NCBI GenBank assembly: GCA_964016885.1
Contig: OZ024740.1
Location: 169,880,001 to 169,944,000, forward strand
Reading direction: 5' to 3'
Source: Eledone cirrhosa
Lineage: Eukaryota
DNA: 64,000 nt
Below the pieces are notes generated by a model. That model did no database searches. It saw only the letters and a program-made list of their open reading frames with translations, and was not told where the DNA came from. Of the stretch, positions 41,088-55,773 are shown one piece after another. Position numbers and translations under genes: made by a program. The first letter of the stretch is position 1; every line of letters begins with the position of its first letter.

Positions 41088-41129
<42 letters not shown>

Positions 41130-41801
41130 GGGGGGGGGTCATTCGTTTATATATAATTATGCATATAAATATATATATATATACATGTGTATGTGTGCAT
41201 GTGTGTGTACCCTCTCCCCTCGCACACAGAAAAATACATACACATACTTTATTATTAATGTTCAGCTGTTTCCGTGGATGAAGTTCAAGTTTAAGTCGGG
41301 CAATGTAGAGATTACATTATCCTTCACACGCAGCGGATTATACATTTAATTCGCATATATGTATTTATATGCATCTGGACTAGTGACCTACTTGAATGGT
41401 GTATCATTTATATATGCATGTATTAATGTTTTGTGCCTGTCAACACCGTCCAGACAACGTACACCTCCAACACATATATACAAGCAGACATATGTAAGTA
41501 TTTGTGTAAACATACACACAGAAAAATATGAACGCAAATATATACATATATTAGCCTGCTGTGCTTCAATCGTTTCCGACGTGTCTTCCACTTCTTTTCA
41601 TCAAAGGAACAATCTGCTCTTAAACGTTACTTGTAAATGATTAAGAATTTCATTGACACATGTACTCATAATTCAATTATCCGTGGGATTCAGCTTACAC
41701 CAATGTGTGTAATGGTTCGCTTTTGAATTTCAAGTATAACTCATTTTTGCCAACTGTAACAAGGTTAATTATACTATCTTGGTCATGGTCACGACAATGT
41801 T

Positions 41802-41878
<77 letters not shown>

Positions 41879-42008
41879 GCAGGATATATCAATTGAGAAA
41901 CAGAACAAATATGTGCATAAAAATACAGATGTTAAAATGTTATAATGGCCTACAATTCCTTAGACAGATTTACTTCTGGAAACCCAAAATGAAGAATGCA
42001 AACTTTCC

Positions 42009-42081
<73 letters not shown>

Positions 42082-42084
<3 letters not shown>

Positions 42085-42486
42085 CAAAGTGATATTTAAT
42101 TTGTTGGTAATTCAACAAATATATCAATGATATTAGTAAATGGAAACTATATTTATAAAACCATATTTATTCTATTATATATATTTCAAGGGTACCAAAA
42201 CTTTCGTACGCCCTCATCAGATAAAATACAAAGTTTGTTCTATAAACATTGACATATCCAGGAATGAGACCTAAACGGTTCAAGTTTTACCCGGATCAAG
42301 TTTTACCACTATCCAGGTATAACTTGAACCATTAAGGTCTCATTCCTGGATATGTGAATATTTATAAAACAAACTTTGTATTTTATCTGATGAGAGCGTA
42401 CCAAAGTGTTGGTACTCTTGAAATATATATAATAGAATACATATGGTTTTATAAATATAGTTTCCATTTATTAATATCATTGATAT
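42082..42486. mobile_element. Family H fold-back HHR element (diverged arms about 42121-42296/42311-42486)
   Basis: Inverted arms with several mismatches; HHRs at 42168-42230 (-) and 42378-42440 (+). Confidence 0.85.
42378..42440 (+). ncRNA. Type I minimal hammerhead
   Basis: GUAUUUUAU-CUGAUGA-GAG-C-GUACCAA(AGUG)UUGGUAC-UCUU-GAAA-UAUAUA-UA-AUAGAAUAC. Confidence 0.8.
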
Positions 42487-42507
42487 ACATATATATATAT
42501 ATATATA

Positions 42508-43040
42508 AACTAGAAATTGATTGACATATAAATATATCTAAAATAAACATATGAAACAATCTCCGGGGATAATTTGTAAAAGTGTGTAAGCACACATAGC
42601 TAGGTAGGTAACTAAATAAAGTTTAACTAGAACTTCAAAAATAGATACCTTATATATTGATTAATCTCCTTGTATATATTCCATTAAAGAAATATATTTC
42701 ACCAAATAATCGATTGGTACACGGCAGTAGCCAGATCCTGGATTTTCAACTAGGAAGAGGTCCAGCCATCTTTGTTTATGCATCAAATTCAAATCACCGA
42801 CTGGCCAGTAACACGTGCTGTATTTACTAAAAATACACACATCGTACCAGTTACCTACCTAGCTATGTGTGCTTACACACTTTTACAAATTATCCCCTGT
42901 GATTGTTTCATATGTTTATTTTAGATATATTTATATGTCAATCAATTACTAGTTGATGTAAAATGCTCGGATCTATTCATTAGAATCTTGGACCATATTT
43001 TACGGGTGATATGGTGCATGTCTATCTGACATGACACCCT
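42508..43040. mobile_element. Fold-back element (arms 42508-42613/42849-42955) in (TA)n
   Basis: aactagaaattgattgac...aggtaact vs agttacct...caattactagtt; only a weak HHR-like trace in the spacer. Confidence 0.7.
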
Positions 43041-43056
43041 TAATTTATCTTAATTT

Positions 43057-43114
<58 letters not shown>

Positions 43115-44529
43115 TCTCTAATACCTCATATCAATAGGACTCTACTATTCATATAAATCATGGCAAATCAACTGTACACGCCTGATAAGTTATATGGTTT
43201 TATTGAATGATGTTTGTAGCATGTTATATATTTTCCGATTTCTAGCCTCTTGTTCAAGCACGTTCTTTTTATTGGTGAAAGGGACACCATATGTGTTCCC
43301 AATACTTCCTAATAAAACGGAGACGCTTATTCTAAAAGACTAAGTAGAATTTGATTACGTTTGAACTTGACACGCATTGACCCAATAAAATTACTGATGA
43401 TCTAAATTGTTTGCCATTCAGACACTGTTTAAATCAATTGTTTAACACATCTTGATTCCTTATCACACTAAAACCCCTAATTTACCTGCGTGTTGTCATT
43501 ATTTGCTACATGGTTTACTGTTGCTCATAACTAGCAACCATAAATTGATACACCGTCCATCAATACCTAATCTTATATCATCCTTATCATTTTCCCTCTC
43601 AGATGTAATACTAATATTTAGTGGGACATCTGGCATTCCAGACGATTGTGTAAACTATTTTAAGACTGAATATTTCATATCAAACTACATTTTAATATAT
43701 CATACTTTTGGAATAGCATCCTACTCTAATTCTTCCGACGTTCAAGTTAAACATCAGTCTAGATGTCATCAAGGGCATTTCAAGGACGTAGGCTTCGCTT
43801 TTACTGTTCTGACTAATTAATGAAAACAAAAAGAACGAAAGAAAATATAAGCTAACAGAGAACAATAAACACAGAAGGCTGTTTTATCAATACACACTTT
43901 TACACTTACATATATGTTGTATTAATCTCTTTGAAACGTATATACATACCCCCGCCACTCATACAGAAACACAGAGTATATACGCATATAAACATATGTA
44001 TTTATGTCGGGTTCATGTATTCATTAAGTCATTAGGTCACAACTGAATACTATGTCTTTCTTTAGTATATTTAGTGTTTCAAGTCAAATCTGATTAACGT
44101 AGTTTAATTCTTTGTCTGTTTTTAAGAAGCTCACATGGTGAACAAAGATGAGCTGTATGTCATGCTGTAGCATATGTATCTGAACTAGGATATTAAGTGT
44201 TAAGTGACATGACCCACGACAATAGTACAGCTGTTATGAATGAATACAGTACAACAACGTTATGGCGTAGAGTTTCAGAATATTGACAGTCAGCCACCAC
44301 CTAACACCCAGTTATCATCCACACGTTTAAAAGGAAGTGTGACTAAAAATCATAATTATTCACACAGTATATATCAATAAAATACGCTCGATAAACATTT
44401 TTCAACTTGTTATGAGGAAAGCATACTCGAAGCTTACTTGATGGAAATATCTATCTCATTCTCAAAACTTTTGTCTTTTTGTTATTTGTTTGGTCTGAAG
44501 GAATAGGCCATAACCTTCGTAGACCCTCT

Positions 44530-44800
44530 AAAACAGGTTTCTGAGTCTGTTATTGTTCCGCTTGAGCTGTTGTTAGCCGACAGCTGTAGGAATGACCTGT
44601 GCTAGGAAGGAAGTTCAGATGGCTGATATTCGGGTTAAAAAGTGAGGCCGTATAGGATAATGAGCTTTGGGGATTTAGAGTGAACACATTATGGGGGATA
44701 AATGGATGAGAGACAAGTGGATTGAGGATACCTAAATGGGGTGGAACGAAAACAGGCAAATCTTAGGAGTGGAGGTCATTGTGGTAACAGTGGAAAAGGT
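44530..44800 (-). mobile_element. Possible ancient CR1/Jockey-group LINE 3' fragment
   Basis: Minus translation FVPP..VSHPF..SYTASLFNPNISHLNFLP resembles the C-terminus of such elements; very decayed. Confidence 0.3.
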
Positions 44801-44925
44801 ACAGGTGACTCCTCATCTGTGGTTCTGAAAGGAAAGGTCGGTTTTATTATGAAAATTATGTGTTTGTCAGGAAAGATTCAATGCAGTCCTGAGTCAAAGC
44901 ATTTAAATTGATCGTGAGAGCTTGA

Positions 44926-45062
<137 letters not shown>

Positions 45063-45369
45063 TTGATCTATTTTTAGAAACGTTGAGCGGATATGTATCT
45101 ATTGAAAATTAATCTGTATTTAGAAACTTCAACGCACGTGATTTTTTTTTTCACCTTGATAAATAGCCTAACATTTGGACATGAAAGCCCCTGGGGTGGG
45201 GAAAGGTGGACAGCATCAAATGTGAGTTCTTGTCCCGCGGGCGACGCTATCAGCCTTTTTCCATCCAGGGGCTTCTCTGTCCAAATTGTCAGACTATTTT
45301 TCATAATACAAATAAAACATGTGCTTTGAAGCTTCTGACTCCAGGTTAATTTTTAATATATATGTGTAT

Positions 45370-45625
45370 ACATTCCACTTTGCGTTCCAAAATCGTTACC
45401 AAGGATACCTAACGGTTTGTCTTCTTTACTCTCTTTATTTTCGATTTTTTTTCTTTACTTGGATTACCTTTATTTTCTGTATCTATCTTTTGTGATCCTG
45501 TCTCTATTTTTGTACTCCTGACGAAGGGCTAAAGCCCGACACGTCGAACATTCTTTCCCCTTTTCCATATAAAGCATGAAACTAATAATACTTTTTGTAA
45601 CTCTGTTTGTTGTTTCCTTGAAATA
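45370..45625 (+). mobile_element. PLE 3'-end remnant with a mutated HHR (45511-45550), related to the 2770-2860 end
   Basis: CUGACGA-A-GGGC(UAAA)GCCC-GACA-CG-UC, then tgaaactaataa as at 2829. Confidence 0.6.
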
Positions 45626-46049
45626 TATACATATATCAGCAGAAATGGTGAAAGGTGCGACAACGGATAAGTTCTTATAGAAGAATCGGTATGATAAGAG
45701 AACCTCATAAGAATGTAAGTAGAGAACGTAGGGTAAAAGATAAAGGAAAAGATTACAATTATCTTCAAACTACAATCAAATCTTTACTTATTCTTCCTAA
45801 TACATAAAATCTGATAATCACTGTTAAGTGAGCACATTTATTTATATATTCGTTCTCATCAGCGGAATTAAAATTGGCTTTGTTTATCAACATTGATTAA
45901 ACAGAGATGAGATGGGCCATAAACGAAATCAGAAATCAAGAAGAAAGAGTGAAACAGATGAAGAAAGAAAGACAAATATTCCGAAGATCCTGTTCGTTAT
46001 ATATGCATAATTTCAATTTTTATCTATTCTTACATACTATTGGAATATT

Positions 46050-46081
<32 letters not shown>

Positions 46082-46521
46082 TATCTATCTATCTATCTAT
46101 CTATCTCTCTATCTATATATATTTCTGTCTATCTATCTGTCTATCTATCTGTCTATCTATCCATCTATCTATCTATCGGTGTGGGTGTGTGTATGTACGG
46201 AAGTATGTGCGTGCGTCAGAGTAAAAAGTGGGTAGATTCTGTTTTACGAACTGAGTTTTCATTCTCCTATTTGTAATACCAAACTTCCGTCATACGCGCG
46301 CACACACACACACATACACACACATGTGTATGTGTGTATATATATATATGTGTGTGTGAGTGTCATTTTTCAAAATTATTTGAAAATTATAAGGAATTTC
46401 TTTCATTACAAATATAGTAATAAAAATGGTTATTATATTATATTTTGTATCATTCACGTCATGTCATTTGTTTCATCTCCAACTGGCTCTCATCTAGACG
46501 TATAAGTTTACGGTTTATTTC

Positions 46522-46572
<51 letters not shown>

Positions 46573-47559
46573 GGATGGGAAATACTCTGGCCTGAATCAG
46601 TATAACGAAGAAGACGTAGAGGTTCGTCAACTTTTCTGATTATACAGCGCCATTGACAGTCGTGCACAGTAAAATAATTCTATAGTAATTCAGATATTGG
46701 ATTTAATATATACCTTCACCTGTGTGAATGAAATTCCTTAGTGAACAATGGTTTAATATTATTTAATAAATCCAACTTAATGGATAACTTGCATCTCTGG
46801 TCATTTTTTCTATTACATATCAGTTTTTCCTGTATAGCTAATGATTTATACTTAACTAAAAAGAAAATCTGAACGATACATAAGCCTCTCCCACCACAGC
46901 AATGTATCAGCGGAGGAGAAATAAATGCTAAACAGAAAATTCAACTTCAACTATTTGGAACGTTCAGCCAATGATTTACAGAGAATATTAAATTATTACT
47001 TACAACACCACCACCACCCTCCACGCAGTAATAGGTAAAGAGAAAATAGTTAATGGGTGTAAGGCATAAGGAGAGGGTACATGATCTATTCTTCATATAA
47101 AGATATTAAATTGTATAGACTTAACATATAAAACCAGTTTCTTTACCTTCAATGGTTGATCAGTTACATTTGAGTTTAACCCTCGCCCGCCTACCCTTGG
47201 CACAGAGCAGTCTCTTCATCGGCTCTTGAATATCAACCTTATTTTACGCTGTCCTGGTGGGATTTAGGTTCTGATATGTTATATTTCCATGTGTGCATGC
47301 AAAGGTCACTGTTGGTTTATACAATAGAGTGTTGAGTGGTTTGTTATTCTTAGCTAAAATCATTCTATTTTGGAGGAATGACTTGATGGGAAATATTTCT
47401 TTCAACATCCCTAAGTTTTACCCATTTAACGAGCCGATAATTGAGTATCTCTGTGGTCACTCGGCTCGTGAGAAATAACAAAATCCCTCATAAATCACTC
47501 TCTATCTTTACGAAACTTAAAGCCATATAAAATAGAGTAGTCTACCTGGGCTCCACAGT

Positions 47560-48160
47560 CAGTAACAATGGAGACTTGGCCACGAGCTCAGCCGCAGATG
47601 TGGGCTAGCTGCTGGAAGCTAAGCACTCCCTATGGAAGCCATTATAGTGCTAAAGTTCTACGTACAGGAAGACGAAGCTCAGCATCTACAACACGTCAGT
47701 CCTATCCGTTCTGCCTTATAGAGCAGAAACGTGGCCCCTTACGAAGACCCTAGAAGATCACTGAAGTCGAAATGGCACGTACCAACACGTGTCTAACGAA
47801 GAGCTACATGCGTGCACGCATCAGCCAGCAGTCTCCCGCCACATCCGCTGTTATGGACATATCCTCCACTTCCAACCAGATCATCCTACCAGGGCCTTAC
47901 TCTCGTTCGACGCAGCAGCAGTGGGCTGGGAGGGGCCCCGCGGCAGGCACCGCACACGATGGTTGGACGTGATTAATGAAGATTTCTGGAGGTTCTACGT
48001 CACCTTGGAAGGTGCAGAGGGGCTGGGGTTGGTACAGAAATGCCAGCGATCGAAGGCACTAGTGGATCTGGTCAGTTCTATGCACGATGACGCCGCTGGG
48101 ACCGCTGACCAGGATGACCCCAGTGACCTGCTTATACACCACCATACAGAGCAAGAGCAA
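47560..48160 (+). mobile_element. Decayed RTE-clade LINE 3' fragment
   Basis: KLSIYNTSVLSVLPYRAETWPL, SNEEL, CYGHILH, GPRGRHRTRWLDVINED. Confidence 0.8.
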
Positions 48161-49212
48161 TAGATTGATAGATAGATAGATAGTCTTTGATATCTGAGGC
48201 AAACTATGGGATGCCTATCATTGGAAAACTTTTGATGATTCCCCTCCTCGGTCTCGCCGGGGTTATCCAACAACAAAAACAACAACAAATACACAAGTTG
48301 GTGTTGGTGAAATCCAATTAGCTATATGTAGGTACAGCATGACGGTACAGTCCAACTCTGTAACTACCAGGAGCGCTGTAATTGAAGACCGTCCAATATT
48401 TATATTCATTCTAGTGAGTGCTGCTTCATGAGTGATAAACTCCATAAATTTGATTTCCTATAGTTACACTATATTAAAATGAATCCTTCTGTAATGGTTC
48501 TTCGACACAAACAGTTAACATATGCACTAACACATGAACGTTAGTTAAATATCTAAACTAATATGTCAGCTCTGATTATTAGCTTTTAAATATTTATGGT
48601 GTATTCAAACACAGTCAAATCTAAATTCATTTGTGTCTAATTTACGAAACAGTACATGCACTTAAACATAGATTAACTTATAACAGTTTTGCCCTGAGTG
48701 ATTTGAAATGTGATATAATTTGTTTCATAAAGTAAAATCCATATTCGTTGTGACAATAGAATATGCTGGTTACACTACAGCTTTCATCTCATCACGGTAA
48801 AACATAGATCAATATAAATAGTTTGTAGTCTTCTTAGACCTTAATCTGAGAAAACATCGCTAACATCTGGGGGAAGATTATGTTCATAACTATTGATAGC
48901 ATATTCAAACATGCGTAGAAGTAAACTCATATGCCTACTCTGCATGGTAGTGTTAGCGCTGACATCACGCATTCATTAATATATATATATATTTATATAT
49001 ATACAGGTTATTTAATTGGTGAGGATGTATTTCTGAAAATCTCCGTGTCAGTGTAGATGTGGACCACGCATGTAAACTCACATAGCTGAGATGTCGAAGA
49101 AAAATCGGGCTTCCATCACCGTGATCACACCCGAACTGTTCGATACTGAAACAATTATATTATTGTAATAAAGTTCCTACACAAGCTGCAAATCTGACTT
49201 CAATTATTTTTA

Positions 49213-49269
<57 letters not shown>

Positions 49270-49271
<2 letters not shown>

Positions 49272-50480
49272 AAGCTACGAGATTCGGAGGATCCCACAGT
49301 ACGTGTAGCTCAGTCTATAGATTTGAGGAAGATAGTGGAACATAAAATTAGCTGTGGAAGAAGCAGAGACCATACTGGAAAGGAAAGAGATGAAAGGTGC
49401 AGAGCACAAAAAAGTAGACTGAAGAAGGGTGAAAATAGAATAATAAAGTTAGGCAAGAAACGGTAACCAAAAGAATTCGTCATGCTTAGGGGAAATAGCG
49501 TCCATCTCAGTCAGTATGCTGAGGAAGCCACAGTTACATTATGTGATACAGCAAAACAAATATTGAAATTCCACATGAGAACTCTGTTTGAAGTTCTCTC
49601 ATGCTCAACTAATATCAAAAGATGCAGCTGCTAATTGTCATCGGTGCAGAGGAAAATGCATCGGTGGAACAAGCTCTCACAGCATGTACGTCATTCCTTG
49701 AGGAATATCCTTAGCTGTTTAACGGTTTAACCAAGTCTTGGCCGGCCTTGATTATGAAAACTTCAGCAGCGTTAATGCAAGTAAAATCAACAGACAGTTG
49801 CATCATGTTGTCGGCTACAAGGAGAGTAAGAAAGGACAAGGTAGTAGCTTAAGAAATCAAAAGAAAACAAAAACTTCTCCATGGTGGTAAAGATTGGAAG
49901 TAAGTGATAACATCCCCAAGTCGTATTACTATAAAGAAGCAATGTCTTGATATTAGGGAATAATCTCACTTAATTGATGTGTTGACAGAGCCTTGACAAA
50001 GCAATATATTGTGGTTGCATGAATTAATAGCCTAAATTATGAAAGATTTAGTGAATGGTGGGAGGCATGATGATAGCAGTTTACGACCCGGCATGGCCTG
50101 CTATTGGTTTTAGAAAGAACAGTAAACCAGTGATTCATGAACTTAAAATGGAAGCACAACTGCTTTATTATGGATATAAGAAAAACATGTGAGAGAAAGA
50201 TAAATGTTGAGAACAAAGAGTAAATCCTCAGAGTGCAGTAAACCAAACTAATTGCTAGAAAGATAGACGAATTATAGGTAATCCAGAATCTTGTGATAGT
50301 ACAGGGTTATCAGAAAGGAAATGTGTGTTACAGTGTAGTCGAAAAGAACACAGATACTTCCCGGTAGCATCATTGCTGCTTGGCACTGAAGAAGGACTGG
50401 GGTACTGTTGGAAGTTACAGAGACCGTTAAAATTTCTAGCCAAGGGTTAATTAAGGGAATACACCGCTGTACAAGACGCA
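49270..50480 (-). mobile_element. Possible highly decayed CR1/Jockey-group RT remnant
   Basis: Traces such as DIPQG and QIYRLSYTYC on the minus strand, with compositional skew; weak. Confidence 0.3.
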
Positions 50481-50732
50481 TGGGCGTTTGCTTAGACCAA
50501 TAATAAAGTTTTAAATAAACATTGAGGAAACACTATATATATGTACATATCCGTATGACGGCTGATGGAAAAGAGTAGTAAATTACGAAGTAAAGATTAA
50601 ATATTCATTTTATTAAGGCTAAATAGTGAATCTTGTTACTCAGGAGTTTATCACAGAGTCATCTGATAAAAATGGCCAAACTCCAGAGTAACATATTTAC
50701 CCTTCATGAAATGAATAAATATATATATATAT

Positions 50733-50851
50733 GAAAAAATTCAGGACTCCTGCCGTTTCAACAGCTAGATCCGAACTGAAGCGCCGGTATTCGTGCGGTG
50801 TGAATCTAGCTGGTCTCCTCAGGGGTATAGTCCATATTTGGGCACACAGTC
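50733..50851 (-). mobile_element. Family A-related copy retaining the 5' half of the HHR
   Basis: Minus strand: CCC-CUGAGGA-GAC-CAGCUAGAUUC...GGAUCUAGCUG-UU-GAAA-CGGC, then a deletion in stem III. Confidence 0.7.
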
Positions 50852-50873
50852 TATATATATATATGTGTGTATT

Positions 50874-50904
<31 letters not shown>

Positions 50905-51317
50905 ATATATATAGCAATATATGAGGGGGGGGGGTTAAATATGTGTATGTATATGCGTAAATGGTCACCTGTATATGTGTATATTTAGGAATGTATATAT
51001 ATATATATATATAGTGAGGGAGTGAATGAGAGATAGAAATATAAAAGGTATTTTTTTATAGGTGGCGGTTAATTTGTGAAAGGTAATTCATTCATGAAAA
51101 GACGTACGGGTGGCAACAGCTGACGTGTGTAAGACACGTGAGAGGGTCTTTGTGTGTAAATACGGTACCTGACATCGAAGTGCACCAATACGCGCGTAAA
51201 CAGCGTCACATTATGATGGGCACATCAATGCTTACATATGTATATCTGTGTATATCTATACACACACATATACACATAAACACATTCACACATAAACATA
51301 GAAAAGAACATACAAAG

Positions 51318-51418
<101 letters not shown>

Positions 51419-51513
51419 TACAGAGAGAGAGAGGCCGAGGAAACCACTAATCATGGAGGTACTCAATGCTAGGGAAAATGCAGAGTCTCTCTCTCTCTCT
51501 TTCTCTCTCTATG

Positions 51514-51653
<140 letters not shown>

Positions 51654-51982
51654 TATATATATGTGTGTGTGTGTCATTTTTACTCAAAAGCACCCCTCTA
51701 CATCTGTGCGTATAACACATGTATATGGATAGAGAAGGTATTGTTAGAAAACGAAAGTAATTTGTATGTATATAAAGTATGTACCTGAAACATATAAAGT
51801 ACAACAACCGATATATATATATATATCGGTTGTTGTACTTTATATATATATTATATATATATATATCTGAAATATATATATATATATATACTGATAAATA
51901 TTACATACACAAGCATATATATATATATATATATATTGAATGTATAGTTGTTATATACTTATAAAATATTACATACACAAGC

Positions 51983-52047
<65 letters not shown>

Positions 52048-52074
52048 TAGAGAGAGAAAGGGAGCTATAGATAC

Positions 52075-52121
<47 letters not shown>

Positions 52122-52682
52122 TGTATGCATATACACATATATATGCAAGGAGAAAGAGAGACGGGGAAATAGAGAAGTAGATGGACCGAGTGAAAAGTAA
52201 ATAGGGTATGTATACAATGAAGAAATCGAAGCTCCGTGTAGTATATCAGTAGATTATAATATTTTACACGTCTATTGAGAGTGGAGTAATAATGAAATGA
52301 ATGTCTTACCTGTGTCCCACGTGTAGCGAAGATATAGTATCTGCTATAGGCAGTTTGCAATAATACATCCGATACATTCGCAGAGCACTTGCTTGTCTCT
52401 GTGTCTGTGTGTGTTGTGTTGTTGTGCATGTATATTGGGTGTCAGTGTCAGTGATAGGGTTAGCGTGTGTCGAAGTGATGGTGATGGTGATGGGGGAGTA
52501 CAAAGGTGTTTGTCAGCTTGTGAAAGTGTGTATATGTTTATTGGTGTATTTGTGCGTGTGTGTCAACAATGTATGCTGGGAAGGTAAAAGCAGAACAAGT
52601 GTGCCTCATATGAAAGTCTGTGTACGTGTGATTGATTGGAAGGGACAGCTGCATGACACCATATATATACACAAACACACAT

Positions 52683-52768
<86 letters not shown>

Positions 52769-52792
52769 CTGTGTACGTGTGTGTGCGGATGC

Positions 52793-52847
<55 letters not shown>

Positions 52848-52989
52848 GGAAAGTGTTCGTTTTTAGGAAACTTGTATATGCGTCTATTAGTCCGTATCTG
52901 AGTGTTTGTATTTTGTTTGAAGGGAGTTGTTTAGTTTATTAGCGGTGTTTATTATACGTTTAATATTCATGTGTGTATGCTGTGCCTAT

Positions 52990-53029
<40 letters not shown>

Positions 53030-53226
53030 TACTGGGTTATGTGTTAGTGTGCGGATGTGTTTGTGCATGTTATTGTTGTGTGTATATGCGTGTGTCTGTC
53101 TGGGTGAATTATGTACCGTTATGTGCTTCTCGAGGGCCACATTAAGCATCTTTACGTGTGACTGTGAGATAGCTAATTCGTACCTATGTATATGCTGGTG
53201 TGTGTGTATGAGTGTCTCTGTGTGTG

Positions 53227-53257
<31 letters not shown>

Positions 53258-53952
53258 CTGTCTGTGTGTGTATGTCTGTCTGTGACTTTATGTTTCCATC
53301 CTTATAAGCTAGTGTAGGTAATTATGTGAAACAGTATTATTTAGATATGATCACTTCTAGATATGTTTGTTAGTGTTTATATATGTGTATATGTCAGTAT
53401 ATGTATAGTATATGTATAGTATAGGTCAGTATATGTATGGTAATGTTTGGTTTTGTGTGTTGTTGGTGATAGACCCCTGCTTAACCCTAATCGAGCCATT
53501 CCATGTTCAAGAATGAGCATATTATTCAATGTCTCCTAACTTTTCTTCAGACAGTAGTGCTTGATATTTGGGAGATTTGACTGCTACTTCTAGCACAACT
53601 AGCGACTATGTAAAGTCGTTCATACTTCATTCATGTGTGTATTGTGTATTCTTTGTGTGCTCGCATACATGTGTGTGTGTGAGTGCTTGTGTGTTTGTTT
53701 TAGAAGTGTGCGTGCATGTTTATAAGTGTGAATATATGTAATGAGGTATGTATGGGGGAACGCATGTGTTCGCCTATATGTGAATATGCATATTTATGTA
53801 TAAATGCATGGAAATACACGTGTGTCAGAAACAGCAGTTGTTGCTTGATAAAAGCGTGCCAAAATTTCACCCGACGGTCAGTTATCCGTCCCGACCCCTT
53901 TCATATATAAATAAGCATAGGCTTTACACATGTGTAACCTGACATTCTCATT

Positions 53953-54152
53953 NNNNNNNNNNNNNNNNNNNNNNNNNNNNNNNNNNNNNNNNNNNNNNNN
54001 NNNNNNNNNNNNNNNNNNNNNNNNNNNNNNNNNNNNNNNNNNNNNNNNNNNNNNNNNNNNNNNNNNNNNNNNNNNNNNNNNNNNNNNNNNNNNNNNNNNN
54101 NNNNNNNNNNNNNNNNNNNNNNNNNNNNNNNNNNNNNNNNNNNNNNNNNNNN
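53953..54152. other. Assembly gap (200 N)
   Basis: Seen directly. Confidence 1.
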
Positions 54153-54345
54153 GGAAAGTATGACACCGACGGCAGAGCTCAAGCCATTTCGACGGCTATT
54201 TCTAGACTGTCTAGAAATAGCCGTCGAAACGGCTTGAGCTCTGCCGTCGGGGTCATACTTTTTCCTATTACCCACTCTATTACCCTAGGTATTGAGTACT
54301 CTGGTGCATTATGGTCCATCTGGTTCCTTACCATAATTCCTTCGT
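54153..54345 (+). mobile_element. Family A fold-back element (left end in the gap)
   Basis: Arms centred on tctagactgtctaga; tail ends ttccttcgt then (TA)n. Confidence 0.85.
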
Positions 54346-54555
54346 TATATATATGTGTATATAAATATATATGGAAAGAGAGAGTGGGGGAAGAGAGATA
54401 AAGCAGAATAGATGTGTTTATAGAGCTGATATTATGAAGTTACATAACTGCCATCTATTAGTCTGCATATCAACATGTTTTGCTCTCTGAAATGATCGTA
54501 AAATTATTGATTATTTATCTACTTCCTTGTTTAACTGTAAATATATATATATATA

Positions 54556-54611
<56 letters not shown>

Positions 54612-54627
54612 CATATATATATATATA

Positions 54628-54830
54628 GGCGCGTGGCTGAATGATTAGAGAATTGGATTTGTGTTGTGAGTTCGATTCCTGGACCGGGCGATGCGTTATG
54701 ACCTTGAGTAAGACACTTTATTTCACGTTGCTCCTTTTACCCGGAGTTGCGACCGATGGATAGTATGAGCAATTGGAAGGACCACGGAAACATTGTTTTC
54801 TCGGTCCGATTTGACGAAAGTCGATCGACT
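54628..54830 (+). mobile_element. tRNA-derived SINE family 2
   Basis: A box tggctgaatgat, B box gagttcgattcc, then ccttgagtaagacacttta. Confidence 0.8.
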
Positions 54831-54834
54831 GTCG

Positions 54835-54876
<42 letters not shown>

Positions 54877-54948
54877 TGTGTGTTTGTGTGTTTGTGGGTG
54901 TGTGTATGGGATTATTAAATACGCAAAGGCAAAATTCTATCGTTATAT

Positions 54949-55034
54949 GCCTTTCATCCTTACGGGGTCGATAAAATAAAGTACCAGTAATGTACTGGTT
55001 AATTTATGGCCTTGTGCCTAAAGTAGAAACAGTT
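54949..55034 (+). mobile_element. SINE family 1, 3' fragment
   Basis: gcctttcatccttacggggtcgataaaataaagtaccag. Confidence 0.8.
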
Positions 55035-55133
55035 ATCTTAGCACCTTTAATATTCTAATGCATAATATGGCGTTTAAATTATTTAAATTTTACATATCCT
55101 ATTCAATAATGCTTCAAGCAAACTAAAACACTC

Positions 55134-55238
<105 letters not shown>

Positions 55239-55239
55239 G

Positions 55240-55490
55240 AGGTTATATTTAATTTGTTGGGATACAACAAGCAAAATATTTTTATAACTGATATAAAGTA
55301 CTCAACTATCCAGGAGATTCCAGCCAGAACCAACCATTTTTTAAGGGTATGTCAATATTTATTTATAAAACTAACCTATATTATATTTTATCTGATGAAA
55401 GCGCACCATAGTTTGCTCAGGTGGCCCTTGAAATATGTATAATGAAATAAATATGGTTTTATAAATATAGTTCCATTTGTTAATATATTG
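55240..55490 (+). mobile_element. Family H HHR element (HHR 55383-55450)
   Basis: UAUUUUAU-CUGAUGA-AAGCGCACC...GGUGGCCCUU-GAAA-UAUGUA-UA-AUGAAAUA; short inverted tail piece at 55243-55270. Confidence 0.8.
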
Positions 55491-55508
55491 TATATATATA
55501 TATATATA

Positions 55509-55716
55509 GGAAAATAGGAAAATGTCCAAGACCCCGACGGCAGAGCTCAAGCCGTTTCGACAGCTATTTCTGGACAGCTATTTCAGTCCAGAAATAGCCG
55601 TCGAAATGGCTTGAGCTCTGCCGTCGGGTCTTGAACATTTTCCTATTACTCACTCTACTACCCTAAGTATTGAGTCCTCTGGTGCGTCCATCTGGTTCCT
55701 TACCACACTTCCTTCG

Positions 55717-55717
<1 letters not shown>
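55509..55717 (+). mobile_element. Family A fold-back element
   Basis: Inverted arm plus full tail; (TA)n flanks. Confidence 0.85.

Positions 55718-55768
<51 letters not shown>

Positions 55769-55773
<5 letters not shown>

Noticed and set aside
42685-42755. Minus-strand UUGAAAA...GAAA-UAUA-UU as an HHR
   Set aside because: Stem I pairing is unconvincing
49080-49175. HHR-like ctgaga...gtcgaa/ttcgat...gaaa-caat..attg-ta
   Set aside because: Core incomplete and stem I does not close; too degenerate to call
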